Origin: Mycobacterium sp.
GTDB taxonomy: Bacteria > Actinomycetota > Actinomycetes > Mycobacteriales > Mycobacteriaceae
Length of the DNA: 64,000 nt
NCBI RefSeq assembly: GCF_052143115.1
Contig: NZ_JBKQTQ010000252.1
Location: forward strand, 9,777 to 73,776
Reading direction: 5' to 3'
How positions within the stretch are numbered: position 1 is the first letter of the stretch; every line of letters begins with the position of its first letter. Made by a program: the position numbers and the translations under genes. The notes below the pieces were generated by a model. That model saw only the letters and a program-made list of their open reading frames with translations, did not search any database and had not been told where the DNA came from. Below, in pieces: positions 10,727 through 21,034 of the stretch.

Positions 10727-12148
10727 ATGACGACCTTGGCCCCGGAGGCGGTTGACGAGTCGCTCGATCCGCGCGATCCGCTGCTGCGCCTCAGTAGGTT
10801 TTTCGACGACGGCAGCGTGGAGCTGCTGCATGAGCGTGACCGCTCCGGGGTGCTGGCCGCCGCCGGAACGGTGAATGGCCTGCGCACCGTCGCGTTCTGC
10901 ACCGACGGCACCGTGATGGGCGGTGCCATGGGTCTCGAGGGCTGCACGCACATCGTCGACGCCTACGACACCGCCATCGAAGAGCAGAGCCCGATCGTGG
11001 GCATCTGGCACTCCGGCGGCGCGCGGCTGGCCGAAGGCGTGCGGGCGCTGCACGCGGTGGGGCTGGTGTTCGAGGCGATGATCCGGGCGTCCGGATACAT
11101 CCCGCAGATCTCAGTGGTGGTCGGCTTCGCCGCCGGGGGCGCGGCCTACGGGCCGGCGCTGACCGACGTCGTCGTGATGGCACCGGACAGCCGGGTGTTC
11201 GTCACCGGGCCCGACGTGGTGCGCAGCGTCACCGGCGAAGACGTGGACATGGCCTCGCTGGGCGGACCGGACACCCACCACAAGAAGTCCGGGGTGTGCC
11301 ACATCGTCGCCGACGACGAGTCCGACGCGTACGAGCGTGGTCGCCGTCTGGTCGGATTGTTCTGCCAGCAAGGGCATTTCGACCGCAGCAAAGCCGAGGC
11401 GCATGACACCGACCTGCATGCGCTGTTGCCGGAATCGCCACGCCGCGCCTATGACGTGCACCCACTTGTCGTCGCATTGCTCGACGACGACGCGCCGTTC
11501 GAGGAGTTCCAGGCCAAGTGGGCACCGTCAATGGTGGTCGGCCTGGGCCGGTTGTCGGGCCGTACGGTCGGCGTGCTGGCCAACAACCCGCTCCGGCTCG
11601 GCGGTTGCCTGAACTCCGAAAGCGCCGAGAAGGCAGCGCGTTTCGTGCGGCTCTGCGATGCGTTCGGCATCCCGCTGGTGGTGATCGTCGACGTTCCCGG
11701 TTACCTGCCCGGCGTCGACCAGGAATGGGGCGGCGTGGTGCGCCGCGGGGCAAAGCTGCTGCACGCGTTCGGCGAGGCCACCGTTCCTCGAGTCACCCTG
11801 GTTACCCGAAAGATCTACGGCGGGGCCTACATCGCGATGAACTCACGGTCTTTGAACGCCACCAAGGTGTTCGCCTGGCCGGACGCCGAGGTCGCGGTGA
11901 TGGGCGCCAAGGCGGCCGTCGGCATTTTGCACAAGAAGAAGCTGGCCGCCGTGCCCGACCACGAGCGCGAGGCGCTGCACGACGAGCTTGCCGCCGAACA
12001 CGAGCGGATCGCCGGCGGCGTGGACAACGCCATCGACATCGGCGTGGTGGACGAGAAGATCGACCCGGCCCACACCCGCAGCAAACTCACCGCGGCGCTG
12101 GCCGAGGCGCCGGCCCGCCGCGGACGCCACAGGAACATCCCGCTGTAA
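10727..12148 (+). CDS. accD6: Acetyl-CoA carboxylase carboxyltransferase
   Basis: HSGGARLAEG, DVPGYLPG, RHRNIPL terminus; last gene of the FAS-II operon. Confidence 0.96.
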   Translation: MTTLAPEAVDESLDPRDPLLRLSRFFDDGSVELLHERDRSGVLAAAGTVNGLRTVAFCTDGTVMGGAMGLEGCTHIVDAYDTAIEEQSPIVGIWHSGGARLAEGVRALHAVGLVFEAMIRASGYIPQISVVVGFAAGGAAYGPALTDVVVMAPDSRVFVTGPDVVRSVTGEDVDMASLGGPDTHHKKSGVCHIVADDESDAYERGRRLVGLFCQQGHFDRSKAEAHDTDLHALLPESPRRAYDVHPLVVALLDDDAPFEEFQAKWAPSMVVGLGRLSGRTVGVLANNPLRLGGCLNSESAEKAARFVRLCDAFGIPLVVIVDVPGYLPGVDQEWGGVVRRGAKLLHAFGEATVPRVTLVTRKIYGGAYIAMNSRSLNATKVFAWPDAEVAVMGAKAAVGILHKKKLAAVPDHEREALHDELAAEHERIAGGVDNAIDIGVVDEKIDPAHTRSKLTAALAEAPARRGRHRNIPL

Positions 12149-12161
12149 TGCTTCGGGCGGC

Positions 12162-12909
12162 CTACCGCGTGGTGTAGCCGCCGTTGGCGAAGATGGTCTG
12201 ACTGGTCACCCAGTGACCTTCGTCGGCCAGGAACACCACTAGCGGTGCGATGTCCTCGATCTGCGTCAGCCGGTTGCCCATGGCCTGCGACTTGTGGAAC
12301 GCGACCCGCTCCGGTGTCTCCTCGCCGTAGAAGAACGGCGTGTCCATCGGCCCGGGTGCCACGTTATTCACTGAAATACCGCGTGCAGCAAACTCTTTCG
12401 CCGCAGCGCGGGTGAAGTGCTCAACCGGGCTTTTGGCGCCGGCATAGGTGGAGTAGCCGTCGGTGAAGGCGGCCAGCAGCGCGGTGACGATGGTGATCAC
12501 CGAGCCACCGTCGTTCAACCGCTTTCCCGCCTGCTGTAGGAAGAAGTACGCGGCCTTGGCGTTGATGTCGAACATCGAGTCATACTCCTCCTCGCTGGTT
12601 TCGACGATGGGCTTACGCAAGACCTTGCCGACGGTGTTGATCGCGATGTCGACACCACCGAAGGCGTCCACCGCCGCGTCGAACAATGCGCTGACGATGC
12701 CCGGCTTGGTGAGATCGCCCTGCACCTTGATCGCTTTGACTCCGGCATCTTGCACGGCGGCGACGGTTTTGTCGGCATCGGGCTCGGTGGCCGGGCTGTT
12801 GTAGTGCACCGCGACGTTGACCCCTTTTCGGCCAACGACGTGCTGATCAGTCCGCCGAGGTTCTTAGCCCCGGCAGCCACCACCGCTGACTTGCCGACCA
12901 GGCTGGTAT
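12162..12909 (-). pseudogene. Short-chain dehydrogenase with frameshift and damaged start codon
   Basis: N-terminus VVAAGAKNLGG is out of frame with the remainder (YAGAK, NNVAPG); one G is missing at AAGGGG|TC (~12821), and GAAGGACCGTC-AT-ACC lacks the G of ATG. Confidence 0.75.
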
Positions 12910-12986
12910 GACGGTCCTTCCTATTTGACCAGGGCGGAAATCAATGCCCTGCCGATTTGCGATTTGGCGCGGCTGGTTAACCGGTA

Positions 12987-14018
12987 CTAGGTATCGCCGA
13001 CGTCGGCCCGCGGGTGGCTATCGTCGCCGGGCTGGGCGTCAAGCTTCAGCAGTTTCGCCGCGGTACGGTGCGCGAAGCGCTCCTTGTCCTCGACCGAAAG
13101 GTCGCACCGTTGCAGGAACTCCATCGCGGCGAAGTTGTCCTGGAACGGGTAGTCGACGGAGAACATCAAGTTATCGAGGCCCAACATCGCTCGGGCACAG
13201 TCGAACACCGGCACGTCGAACACCCCGCTGCTGGTGATGAAAACGTTCTCGCGCAGGTAGTAGCCGACGCTGTTGCGCATCGGTGGGTCGTCCGCCTCGG
13301 GCGCAAGCAACCACCCGGCCATCGTCAGCCCGACGTTGAGCCTGCTGAAACAGAACGGAAGCAGTTCTCCCATGTGTCCGACGATCACCTTTAAATTCGG
13401 ATGACGATCGAACACGCCAGCGCAGATCAACCTGAGCAAATGCGTTCCGGTTTCCACCGGCCAGCCCCAGGTGGGTACCAGCGCCGGGTCGAAAGGCGCG
13501 TAGTAGCAATCCACCACCGCCCGCGGGGGGTCGGTGGGATGGATGTAGATGGGCACGCCCAATGATTCGGCCCGGCCGAGCAGCACATCGAACGACGAAT
13601 GGTCCAGGTAATGCCCGTTGATCAGCGCGCCTTTGAAGCCGAGGTCGCGAACGGAGCGCTCCAGCTCCTCAGCGGCGTCAGCCGGTGACTGGGTCGGCAG
13701 CATGGCAAAGCCTGCGAACCGGGCCGGGTGCGCGGCGACCGCCGCCGCCAACCAGTTGTTGACTTCGCGGCTGACCGCAACCGCCAACTCGGCCTGCTCA
13801 TCGGCGAGCGTTTGGACACCGGGCTGGACGTGAGAGAGCACCTGCACGTCGACCCCCGCGGCGTCCATGAGACGGATGCGCTCCGCTCCGACGTCGCTGA
13901 GCCGGGCCCGTACGGGCTGGTATTTCCGTTGCAGCGACTCGGGAAACAAGTCCCACACTCGTGGGTGGACGAACGCTTCTTCCAACGCCACCACTCGGGA
14001 GACTGACTTTGTGCTCAC
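12987..14018 (-). CDS. Amidohydrolase_2 family protein (aromatic acid decarboxylase-like)
   Basis: VALEEAF, IYIHP, VGHMGE, FSVDYPF motifs; GTGA overlap with the upstream methyltransferase. Confidence 0.85.
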   Translation of the reverse strand: MSTKSVSRVVALEEAFVHPRVWDLFPESLQRKYQPVRARLSDVGAERIRLMDAAGVDVQVLSHVQPGVQTLADEQAELAVAVSREVNNWLAAAVAAHPARFAGFAMLPTQSPADAAEELERSVRDLGFKGALINGHYLDHSSFDVLLGRAESLGVPIYIHPTDPPRAVVDCYYAPFDPALVPTWGWPVETGTHLLRLICAGVFDRHPNLKVIVGHMGELLPFCFSRLNVGLTMAGWLLAPEADDPPMRNSVGYYLRENVFITSSGVFDVPVFDCARAMLGLDNLMFSVDYPFQDNFAAMEFLQRCDLSVEDKERFAHRTAAKLLKLDAQPGDDSHPRADVGDT

Positions 14019-14794
14019 CGCATTGGCCCGGGCTTGGTCGCGGTGACGGCGTGCGTACGGAAGAACGGCAGTCCCCACCAGGCGCGCCAGCGAAGATCTT
14101 GGCGCCTGACGTCGGCCATGCCGGACTGCCGAAACCTGTTGGCATACAGGCGAGTGAAGGCGAGGTCAGCGATCACGACATGACCGCCGGGGCGCAGCAC
14201 ACGCACGGCTTCGTCAATCGCCGACTGTCGCGCGTCGTCGTCCGGCAGATTGTGAATCGCGAGGTTACTCACGACGAGGTCGAAGGACGCTGAAGGAAAC
14301 CGAAGATCGGTCATATCCTGGGTGTGCAGTTCGACCCGGTCGGCGACACCCTCGGCATCGGCGTTCGCCAGTGTCGCCTGCATGGAGTTGCCGGTCTGGT
14401 CGGCCCGCCAGATATCCACTCCCACTGCGGTTCCACGCGGCACCAACTTGGCCGCGGTCAACAACACCGCGCCACGCCCGCAGCCGAGGTCGAGCACCCG
14501 TTCGTCGCCTCGCAAGCCTATCCCCGTGAGCAGGCGCGCCCAGACTTCGAACTTTCCTCGCCGACTGAACCGCCGGACGCTGACGCCGGCGGCGATCAAC
14601 AGGACGGCGACCACGGCGGCCCCGAGTCCCGACAGCGTTCGGTCGGTTACCAACCACAGGCCGGCCAAAACCGCTGCGGCAAAGCATAACAGCAGATAGC
14701 CGGCGAAGACGACCGGCGCCGGAATCAACCCGTAGTTCCCGTCTACCCCATACCGCCCCCACGGGCGGACGAGATCAGTTGCCAGTTCAATCAT
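14015..14794 (-). CDS. Class I SAM-dependent methyltransferase with N-terminal TM helices
   Basis: VLDLGCGRG, FDLVVSNLAIH, LRPGG; GGAGG RBS before ATG 14794. Confidence 0.88.
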   Translation of the reverse strand: MIELATDLVRPWGRYGVDGNYGLIPAPVVFAGYLLLCFAAAVLAGLWLVTDRTLSGLGAAVVAVLLIAAGVSVRRFSRRGKFEVWARLLTGIGLRGDERVLDLGCGRGAVLLTAAKLVPRGTAVGVDIWRADQTGNSMQATLANADAEGVADRVELHTQDMTDLRFPSASFDLVVSNLAIHNLPDDDARQSAIDEAVRVLRPGGHVVIADLAFTRLYANRFRQSGMADVRRQDLRWRAWWGLPFFRTHAVTATKPGPMR

Positions 14795-15506
14795 CGTGAT
14801 CGCCTCCGTAGGTTCCTGCCCGGTGGTCTCGGGCGAGTCGCTCAAGAATCGGAAGAGCTTTCGCCGCAGCGCGTTTCATCGTGTCGCTGCTCGGCGGATC
14901 GGTTGGCTCGAAAGCCCGTCGGACCGTCTGAGCCAGCTGGTCGGCCTTCTGTTCCAAGGTCAGCCCGATAGCCGGCGAATGAAACGGTTCCGCCGCGAAG
15001 AATCCGAACACGATGGTGGGCAAGGTGTAGTCGAGATCCTTCAGGTGCAGGTCCGGCCGCAGCATGGACTCCGCGGCGAGCACACCCAGATAGTCGCGGT
15101 TGACATCGAGCTTGCTTTCTTCCAGCCGATGATGATGCGTCGCGGCGAGAAAAGTGCCAAGGGTCTCGGCGTCGCGAGTGTAGAGCGCACGCAGCACGGG
15201 ACGGTTCATCGCCTCGACGAACAACCGCCGCAGGTAGCGGTGCAGCGCAACCTCGGCCGGATCGGTGCGGATCGCGTCAACAATCGCCTCCGCCATCGCC
15301 GCCGCCTCGCGCGCGCTGACCGCGAGGAACACTTCCTCGCGAGACCGCCAGTGCAGGTAGATCGTGCCCTTACCCACACCGGCGCGCCGGGCCAATTCAT
15401 CGATGGTCACCCGCCGATAGCCCCACAGCAGCAGCAACTCCCGGGCGGTATCGAGGATCCGATCGGCCCTGTCTCGCCGATCGACTCCAGAACGTTCCGC
15501 CATCAC
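14787..15506 (-). CDS. TetR-family regulator
   Basis: TIDELARRAGVGKGTIYLHW HTH. Confidence 0.92.
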   Translation of the reverse strand: MMAERSGVDRRDRADRILDTARELLLLWGYRRVTIDELARRAGVGKGTIYLHWRSREEVFLAVSAREAAAMAEAIVDAIRTDPAEVALHRYLRRLFVEAMNRPVLRALYTRDAETLGTFLAATHHHRLEESKLDVNRDYLGVLAAESMLRPDLHLKDLDYTLPTIVFGFFAAEPFHSPAIGLTLEQKADQLAQTVRRAFEPTDPPSSDTMKRAAAKALPILERLARDHRAGTYGGDHDD

Positions 15507-15539
15507 CGACCCCTTCGAAGTCGCACCGGAGTCACTCTA

Positions 15540-15562
15540 TGACCAAAATACTATTTTGGTCA
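15540..15562. promoter_or_regulatory. Putative TetR operator
   Basis: Perfect palindrome TGACCAAAATA-C-TATTTTGGTCA, about 35 bp upstream of the TetR start. Confidence 0.8.
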
Positions 15563-15606
15563 ACAGTCATCTGAGGGCGATTCCGAGGGCGATTCAGCGC
15601 CCGGGG

Positions 15607-17232
15607 TCAGCTTCGGGCGAGGATGGCCGAAAGCGCTTGGCGAAGCTCACGTTCGGGGTCGGCCGGAAGCCGCGCTGCGCGCCAGCCGACGAAATCGTCT
15701 GGCCGCACCAGCAGAGCCCCGTCGGCCGCGAGTCCGGTGGCCTGCGCCCATGCGCCGTCGGGGTCGCGGGCATCGCCCGCAGGCCCGATGCGGCGGACCG
15801 TGATCGGGACGCCCAGGGCAGCCGATGCCGCCGCGCCGGCCTCGGTCCACGGGGCACCGTCTTCTCCGGTGAGCAGGGCGAAGCCGCGGCCAATCAGGTC
15901 GAGCGTCGACACCCGCCGGCCCCCGTCGTGCACCCAGGCATGCGGGACGCGGGTGCCGGGTTGCGCATGCAATTCGTCCACCAAAGATACGACGTCTGGG
16001 TCGGCCGGAGCGGGCTGGTCGGTCACTACCGCGGCCGAGCGGTACTGGTATCCGACCAGCAAGGAGAACATCGACGCCACTTCTTCGGGCGGCAAACCCG
16101 GACCCTCGTCTTCCAACCGGAGCAAGCCCACTGTCGGCCCGGTCAGCGACTGGTGAGCGGCAAACCGCCCGACGGGGTGCCGCTCGGCGTGGAATGTGTT
16201 CAGCAACGCCGGATGCGCCGTCCCACCCAGGACCGCGGCCAGCTTCCACGCCAGGTTGTGTGCGCTTTGGATGGCAGTGTTGGCTCCCCCAGCCTTGAAC
16301 GGCGGCATGGTGTGTCCAGAGTCTCCGACGAAAAAGACACGCCCGCAACGTAATTGATCGGCCACCTGCTCGTAGGGTTGCCACGCCGCGGTTTCGATGA
16401 TCTCGAGGTCGATCGGCTCGCCGACGGCCTTGGTCAACAGTTCGCGGCAATATGGCGGCGTGAATTGTGCTGCCGTCTCTCCCTTGCCGGGGAGGTAGGT
16501 GGTGATGAACATGCCGAGGTCGTCCTTGGCCACCAGGAATATGCCGTCCACGTCCGGGTTTTTCACCTGGATGCCATCGCCATCGTTCAGGTGCGAGACG
16601 AACTTCCGCCAGGGTCCGCGAAAGTAGATGAACACGACATAAATCGGCAGCGCACCGTATCCAGAGGTGGCGACGCCAAGCCTGTTACGGACCGGGCTGT
16701 GCACCCCGTCGGCCGCCACGACATAGTCGGCGCGGATCGTCTCGGACTCGCCGGAATGTAGGTCACGCAGCACCGCCGTGACGCCAGTGTCATCTTGATC
16801 GAGAGAGCACAATTCCGTCCCGTAGCGCACTTCATTGCCCCGTCGCCGGGTTTCGGCGAGCAGCATCGGCTCGAGGCTGCTCTGCGGGCAGTACTGCACG
16901 GCCGGTTCCGGGCTCAGCTGATCCAAACCGGCGAAGAACGTGTCGATGTCAATGGCCAGTTTTTCTTCTGCGCTGTTCAGCGTCGGCTTGACGACCATGT
17001 CTGAAACACGATCCGCGACCGCATGGACCTCGTCGTCTAGGCCTAGACCGCGGAGGATCTCCAAGCTGCGACAACTCAGGTTGCGGGCCTTCGGATAGAT
17101 GAAGATCTCGCGTCGCTTTTCGACCAATAGAGAACCAACCCCGTGCTTGGCCAGCAGAGCCGATGTGGCAAGCCCACCGGCGCCCGCCCCGACGATCAGA
17201 ACCGGAACACGTAAGACGTTCATGCTGGTCAC
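15607..17232 (-). CDS. FAD-dependent aromatic monooxygenase (FAD_binding_3, RdmE/TfdB-like)
   Basis: GAGAGG, VAADG, GDSGH...NLAWKLAAV, LLVRPDDFVGWR. Confidence 0.9.
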   Translation of the reverse strand: MTSMNVLRVPVLIVGAGAGGLATSALLAKHGVGSLLVEKRREIFIYPKARNLSCRSLEILRGLGLDDEVHAVADRVSDMVVKPTLNSAEEKLAIDIDTFFAGLDQLSPEPAVQYCPQSSLEPMLLAETRRRGNEVRYGTELCSLDQDDTGVTAVLRDLHSGESETIRADYVVAADGVHSPVRNRLGVATSGYGALPIYVVFIYFRGPWRKFVSHLNDGDGIQVKNPDVDGIFLVAKDDLGMFITTYLPGKGETAAQFTPPYCRELLTKAVGEPIDLEIIETAAWQPYEQVADQLRCGRVFFVGDSGHTMPPFKAGGANTAIQSAHNLAWKLAAVLGGTAHPALLNTFHAERHPVGRFAAHQSLTGPTVGLLRLEDEGPGLPPEEVASMFSLLVGYQYRSAAVVTDQPAPADPDVVSLVDELHAQPGTRVPHAWVHDGGRRVSTLDLIGRGFALLTGEDGAPWTEAGAAASAALGVPITVRRIGPAGDARDPDGAWAQATGLAADGALLVRPDDFVGWRAARLPADPERELRQALSAILARS

Positions 17233-17259
17233 CGCCTTCCCCGCGGATATACAAAAACA

Positions 17260-17287
17260 ACAGTAACTACTATATAGTAGTGACTGT
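17260..17287. promoter_or_regulatory. Operator-like palindrome upstream of the monooxygenase
   Basis: ACAGT-A-ACTACTAT/ATAGTAGT-G-ACTGT, 28 bp with one mismatched pair, AT-rich. Confidence 0.7.
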
Positions 17288-18837
17288 CACTTTTGGCTCA
17301 GCATCTCTAGAATCTCCTGGGCCACTTCGACCACTCGCTGCCGATCGGCGGCCACCAGACCGATCCGGGTGCGACGATCCACGATGTCGTCGACGGTCAG
17401 CGCGCCCTCATGGGTGATGGCGTATTCGAACTCCGCCCGGATCAGGTCGATCCCGTCAGCCACCGGGTCGACCGGACGCTCACACGTGGCAGCAGCGATG
17501 ACGTGGGCGGCCTCCGCCCCGTAGCGCAGGACCAGCGATTCCGGCAAGCCGGCCAGCCTCTCCTGCGCTGCCACCGTCCACCCTGGATTTGCCGGCGCGC
17601 CGACCAACGGCAGGTTTCGGGTCCGGCACTCTCCGGCTGTCAGACCCCGCATTTCGATGGCCCGGTCGAGGACGTCCTGGGCCATATGGCGGTACTCGGT
17701 CAGCTTGCCGCCGACCACGCTGATGACGCCGGAGGGCGACTCGACAACGGCATGGTTGCGCGAGACGTCCGCGGTGCGGCCGGCCCCGGTGTCGATCAGC
17801 GGCCGTAGCCCAGCATAGGCGCCGATCACATCGGCACTTTCCAGCGCGATACCCAGCGCAGTGTTCACCACGTCCAGCAGGAAGCTCACCTCAGTCGAGG
17901 TCGGTTGTGGCACATCAGGAATCGGGCCGGGTGCTTCCTCGTCGGTCAGTCCAAGGTAGACGCGTCCCAGCTGTTCGGGCATGGCGAAAACGAAGCGGTT
18001 CAGCTCGCCGGGTATCGGAATCGTCAGCGCCGCTGTGGGATTGCCGAGCGTTGCGGCATCGAAGACCAGGTGGGTGCCGCGGCTGGGACGCAGCTTCAAC
18101 GATGGGTCGATCTCACCTGCCCATACTCCGGTGGCGTTGATGACGGCGCGCGCCGACATATCGAATGATTCGCCGGTGCGCTGGTCGCTCAACCGCAGCG
18201 ACGTGCCGGTGACCTCGGATGCGGCGGTATAGGTCAGGATTCGGGCACCCTGCTGTGCCGCAGTACGCGCGACGGCGGCGACCAGTCGGGCGTCGTCGAT
18301 CAGTTGTCCGTCGTAGGCCAGAAGGCCACCGTCGAGACCGTTGCGCCGAACGGCCGGAGCCATGTCGCTGACACGCTGTGCGGGAATGCGGCAAGAGCCG
18401 GGCAGAATGGCCGCCGGTGTGCCTGCCGTCTTACGCAACACGTCGCCGGCAAGGAACCCGGCCCGCACCAATGCCCGTTCCATTCGACCCATCGACGGCA
18501 ACAGCGGGACCAGTTGCGGCATGGCCCGGACCAGATGAGGAGCGTTGCGCGTCATCAGGATTCCACGCTCGACGGCACTGCGTCTGGCGATGCCGATATT
18601 GCCGCTCGCCAGATAGCGCAGCCCGCCGTGTACCAATTTGGAGCTCCACCGGCTGGTGCCGAATGCGAGATCGTGCTTTTCCACCAACGTCACTCGCAGA
18701 CCACGGGACGCGGCGTCCAGTGCGATGCCGGCGCCGGTAATGCCGCCACCGATCACGACGACGTCGGTCGGCTCGCCATCGGCCAACGCAGTGAGGTCAG
18801 CGGTGCGGCGTGCTGCGTCGAGGGCAGTCGACATCAT
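17287..18837 (-). CDS. glpD1: FAD-dependent glycerol-3-phosphate dehydrogenase (Rv2249c)
   Basis: GGGITG, GTSRWSSKLVHGGLRYL, GGKLTEYR. Confidence 0.93.
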   Translation of the reverse strand: MMSTALDAARRTADLTALADGEPTDVVVIGGGITGAGIALDAASRGLRVTLVEKHDLAFGTSRWSSKLVHGGLRYLASGNIGIARRSAVERGILMTRNAPHLVRAMPQLVPLLPSMGRMERALVRAGFLAGDVLRKTAGTPAAILPGSCRIPAQRVSDMAPAVRRNGLDGGLLAYDGQLIDDARLVAAVARTAAQQGARILTYTAASEVTGTSLRLSDQRTGESFDMSARAVINATGVWAGEIDPSLKLRPSRGTHLVFDAATLGNPTAALTIPIPGELNRFVFAMPEQLGRVYLGLTDEEAPGPIPDVPQPTSTEVSFLLDVVNTALGIALESADVIGAYAGLRPLIDTGAGRTADVSRNHAVVESPSGVISVVGGKLTEYRHMAQDVLDRAIEMRGLTAGECRTRNLPLVGAPANPGWTVAAQERLAGLPESLVLRYGAEAAHVIAAATCERPVDPVADGIDLIRAEFEYAITHEGALTVDDIVDRRTRIGLVAADRQRVVEVAQEILEMLSQK

Positions 18838-19403
18838 GAGAGGTATCCGTTCAGCGAGTAAGCGAGTTCGGCGGCCAGCGCATCAGCGTCCAGGATCGGG
18901 CGGACGATCTGGGCGGATTGAATGGTCGATTGGGTGATCAGCAGCACCATCGCGGCGAGCCGGCGCGGGTCGCCGGGTCGCACGCTGCCATCGCCTTGGG
19001 CCGCACGCAGATCATCGGCGAGCGCGTCGATCAGCATCTGCTGGCTGCTGCCGAGGCGTTGGGCGATGTAGACGAGCGCGATCTCCGATCGCAAAACCGC
19101 CATCACCAGCTCGTCGCGGCGCAGCCGTTCGGCCACCGCCACGACCCGGTTGACCAACGCCTCGCGGCCGCTTCCGCCCGCCGGAACCTCACCCAACGCG
19201 GCGGTGATGTGCCTGGTCAGCAGCGCTGCCAGCACTGAACGGGTGTCTGGCCAGCGCCGATAGACGGTCGGCCGGCTCACGCCGGCCCGCCGCGCGATCT
19301 CGGCCAGCGTCACGCGCTCGACCCCGAAATCGATCACACAGCTCGCGGCGGCCGCCAAAATCCGATCCGCGATCTCCACCGGTGCGTTACTGATTGACAG
19401 CAT
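18834..19403 (-). CDS. TetR-family regulator (Rv2250c-like)
   Basis: TLAEIARRAGVSRPTVYRRW; ATGA-coupled to glpD1. Confidence 0.92.
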   Translation of the reverse strand: MLSISNAPVEIADRILAAAASCVIDFGVERVTLAEIARRAGVSRPTVYRRWPDTRSVLAALLTRHITAALGEVPAGGSGREALVNRVVAVAERLRRDELVMAVLRSEIALVYIAQRLGSSQQMLIDALADDLRAAQGDGSVRPGDPRRLAAMVLLITQSTIQSAQIVRPILDADALAAELAYSLNGYLS

Positions 19404-19420
19404 ATGTAATACTGTAACGG

Positions 19421-21034
19421 ATGTCTGAACAGTTGCTGCCTCCGATGAAATGGAACGCGTGGGGTGACGCGCGCCAAGCCAAACCGCTCTCGGAGGGCAT
19501 CCGCTCGCTGTTGAAGCAAGCGCTGGGGGTGACGGACTCGACCTCGGCCGAACTCGACGCGGATCAGGTGAAGCTGCGTCCGTCGCAGCTGGCCAACGAT
19601 CACCGCGAAGCGTTGGCCGCCATCCTCGGATCGGACTACTGCCGCGTCGGCGACCGCGACCGACTGCTGCATGCCGGCGGCAAGTCCACCCTGGATCTGC
19701 TGCGGCGCAAAGAATCCGGCGTGCAGGAGGCGCCCGACGCGGTGTTGTTGCCCGGCGGCCCCAGTGGCGAGGACGACATTGCGGCGATTCTGCGGTACTG
19801 CTCGCGGCATGGCATCGCCGTCGTCCCGTTCGGCGGCGGCACCAGCGTGGTCGGTGGCCTCGATCCCATCCGCGGCGAGTTCGACGCTGTGGTATCGCTG
19901 GACCTGCGGCGCTTCGACCAACTGCTGGCTTTCGACGCGGTGTCCGGAGAAGCCGAGTTCGGCGCCGGCGTCACCGGGCCGCGGGCCGAGCAACTGCTCG
20001 CTGAGCACCGGTTTTCGCTTGGGCATTTTCCGCAGAGCTTTGAATTCGCCAGCCTGGGCGGTTTCGCCGCAACTCGATCGTCGGGCCAGGACTCCGTGGG
20101 ATACGGCCGGTTCGACGACATGATTCGCGGGCTGCACGTCGTTACGCCCGCAGGCGTGCTGGATCTGGGCCGCGCGCCGCAATCTGCGGCCGGTCCGGAT
20201 CTGCGGCAACTGCTGATCGGGTCGGAAGGCGTCTTCGGCATCATTACCCGGGTGCGGGTTCGGGTGCATCCGTCGCCGGACGTCACGCGCTACGAGGCGT
20301 GGTCGTTCCCCGACTTCGCCACCGGGACAGCCGCATTGCGCGCCGTCACCCAGACCGGCACCGGCCCGACGGTGATCCGACTCTCCGACGAAGCCGAGAC
20401 CGGCGTCAACCTGGCCACCACCGAGACCATCGGCGAGACCCAGATCACCGGCGGCTGTCTAGCGATCACCGTGTTCGAGGGCACCGCGGCGCATGCCGAA
20501 AGCAGGCACGCCGAAACCCGGGAGCTCATCACAGCTTTGGGCGGCACGTCGCTGGGCGAAGCCCCGGCTCGGGCTTGGGAGCACGGCCGGTTCGGCGCGC
20601 CGTACCTGCGCGACTCGTTGCTGGCCGCCGACGCGCTCTGCGAGACGCTCGAGACGGCCACCGACTGGTCCAATATCCCCGCGCTGAAGACCGCCGTCAC
20701 CGACGCGCTGACCACCGCGCTGGCCGAATCCGGTACGCCAGCGCTGGTGCTGTGCCACATTTCGCATGTGTATGCCACCGGCGCCTCGCTGTACTTCACC
20801 GTCGTCGCCGGGCAACGCGGGAATCCGATTGACCAATGGCGCGCCGCCAAGACCGCTGCTTGCAATGCGATCGTGGCCACCGGCGGGACGATCACTCATC
20901 ACCACGCGGTCGGAGCCGATCACCGGCCCTGGATGCGTGACGAGGTGGGTGATTTGGGCGTACAGGTGTTGCGGGCGGTCAAATCAACACTGGATCCCGC
21001 GGGAATTCTCAATCCCGGCAAGCTCATCCCGTGA
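19421..21034 (+). CDS. FAD-binding oxidoreductase, alkyl-DHAP synthase-like (Rv2250A/Rv2251-like)
   Basis: PFGGGTSVVGG, GHFPQSFE, ITHHHAVG, LNPGKL. Confidence 0.92.
   Translation: MSEQLLPPMKWNAWGDARQAKPLSEGIRSLLKQALGVTDSTSAELDADQVKLRPSQLANDHREALAAILGSDYCRVGDRDRLLHAGGKSTLDLLRRKESGVQEAPDAVLLPGGPSGEDDIAAILRYCSRHGIAVVPFGGGTSVVGGLDPIRGEFDAVVSLDLRRFDQLLAFDAVSGEAEFGAGVTGPRAEQLLAEHRFSLGHFPQSFEFASLGGFAATRSSGQDSVGYGRFDDMIRGLHVVTPAGVLDLGRAPQSAAGPDLRQLLIGSEGVFGIITRVRVRVHPSPDVTRYEAWSFPDFATGTAALRAVTQTGTGPTVIRLSDEAETGVNLATTETIGETQITGGCLAITVFEGTAAHAESRHAETRELITALGGTSLGEAPARAWEHGRFGAPYLRDSLLAADALCETLETATDWSNIPALKTAVTDALTTALAESGTPALVLCHISHVYATGASLYFTVVAGQRGNPIDQWRAAKTAACNAIVATGGTITHHHAVGADHRPWMRDEVGDLGVQVLRAVKSTLDPAGILNPGKLIP

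Noticed and set aside
2395-12177. Long antisense and alternate-frame ORFs over aceE, mabR and the FAS-II genes (e.g. 464, 471, 545, 537 aa)
   Set aside because: Shadow ORFs expected from high-GC codon bias; no motifs, and they overlap confident genes
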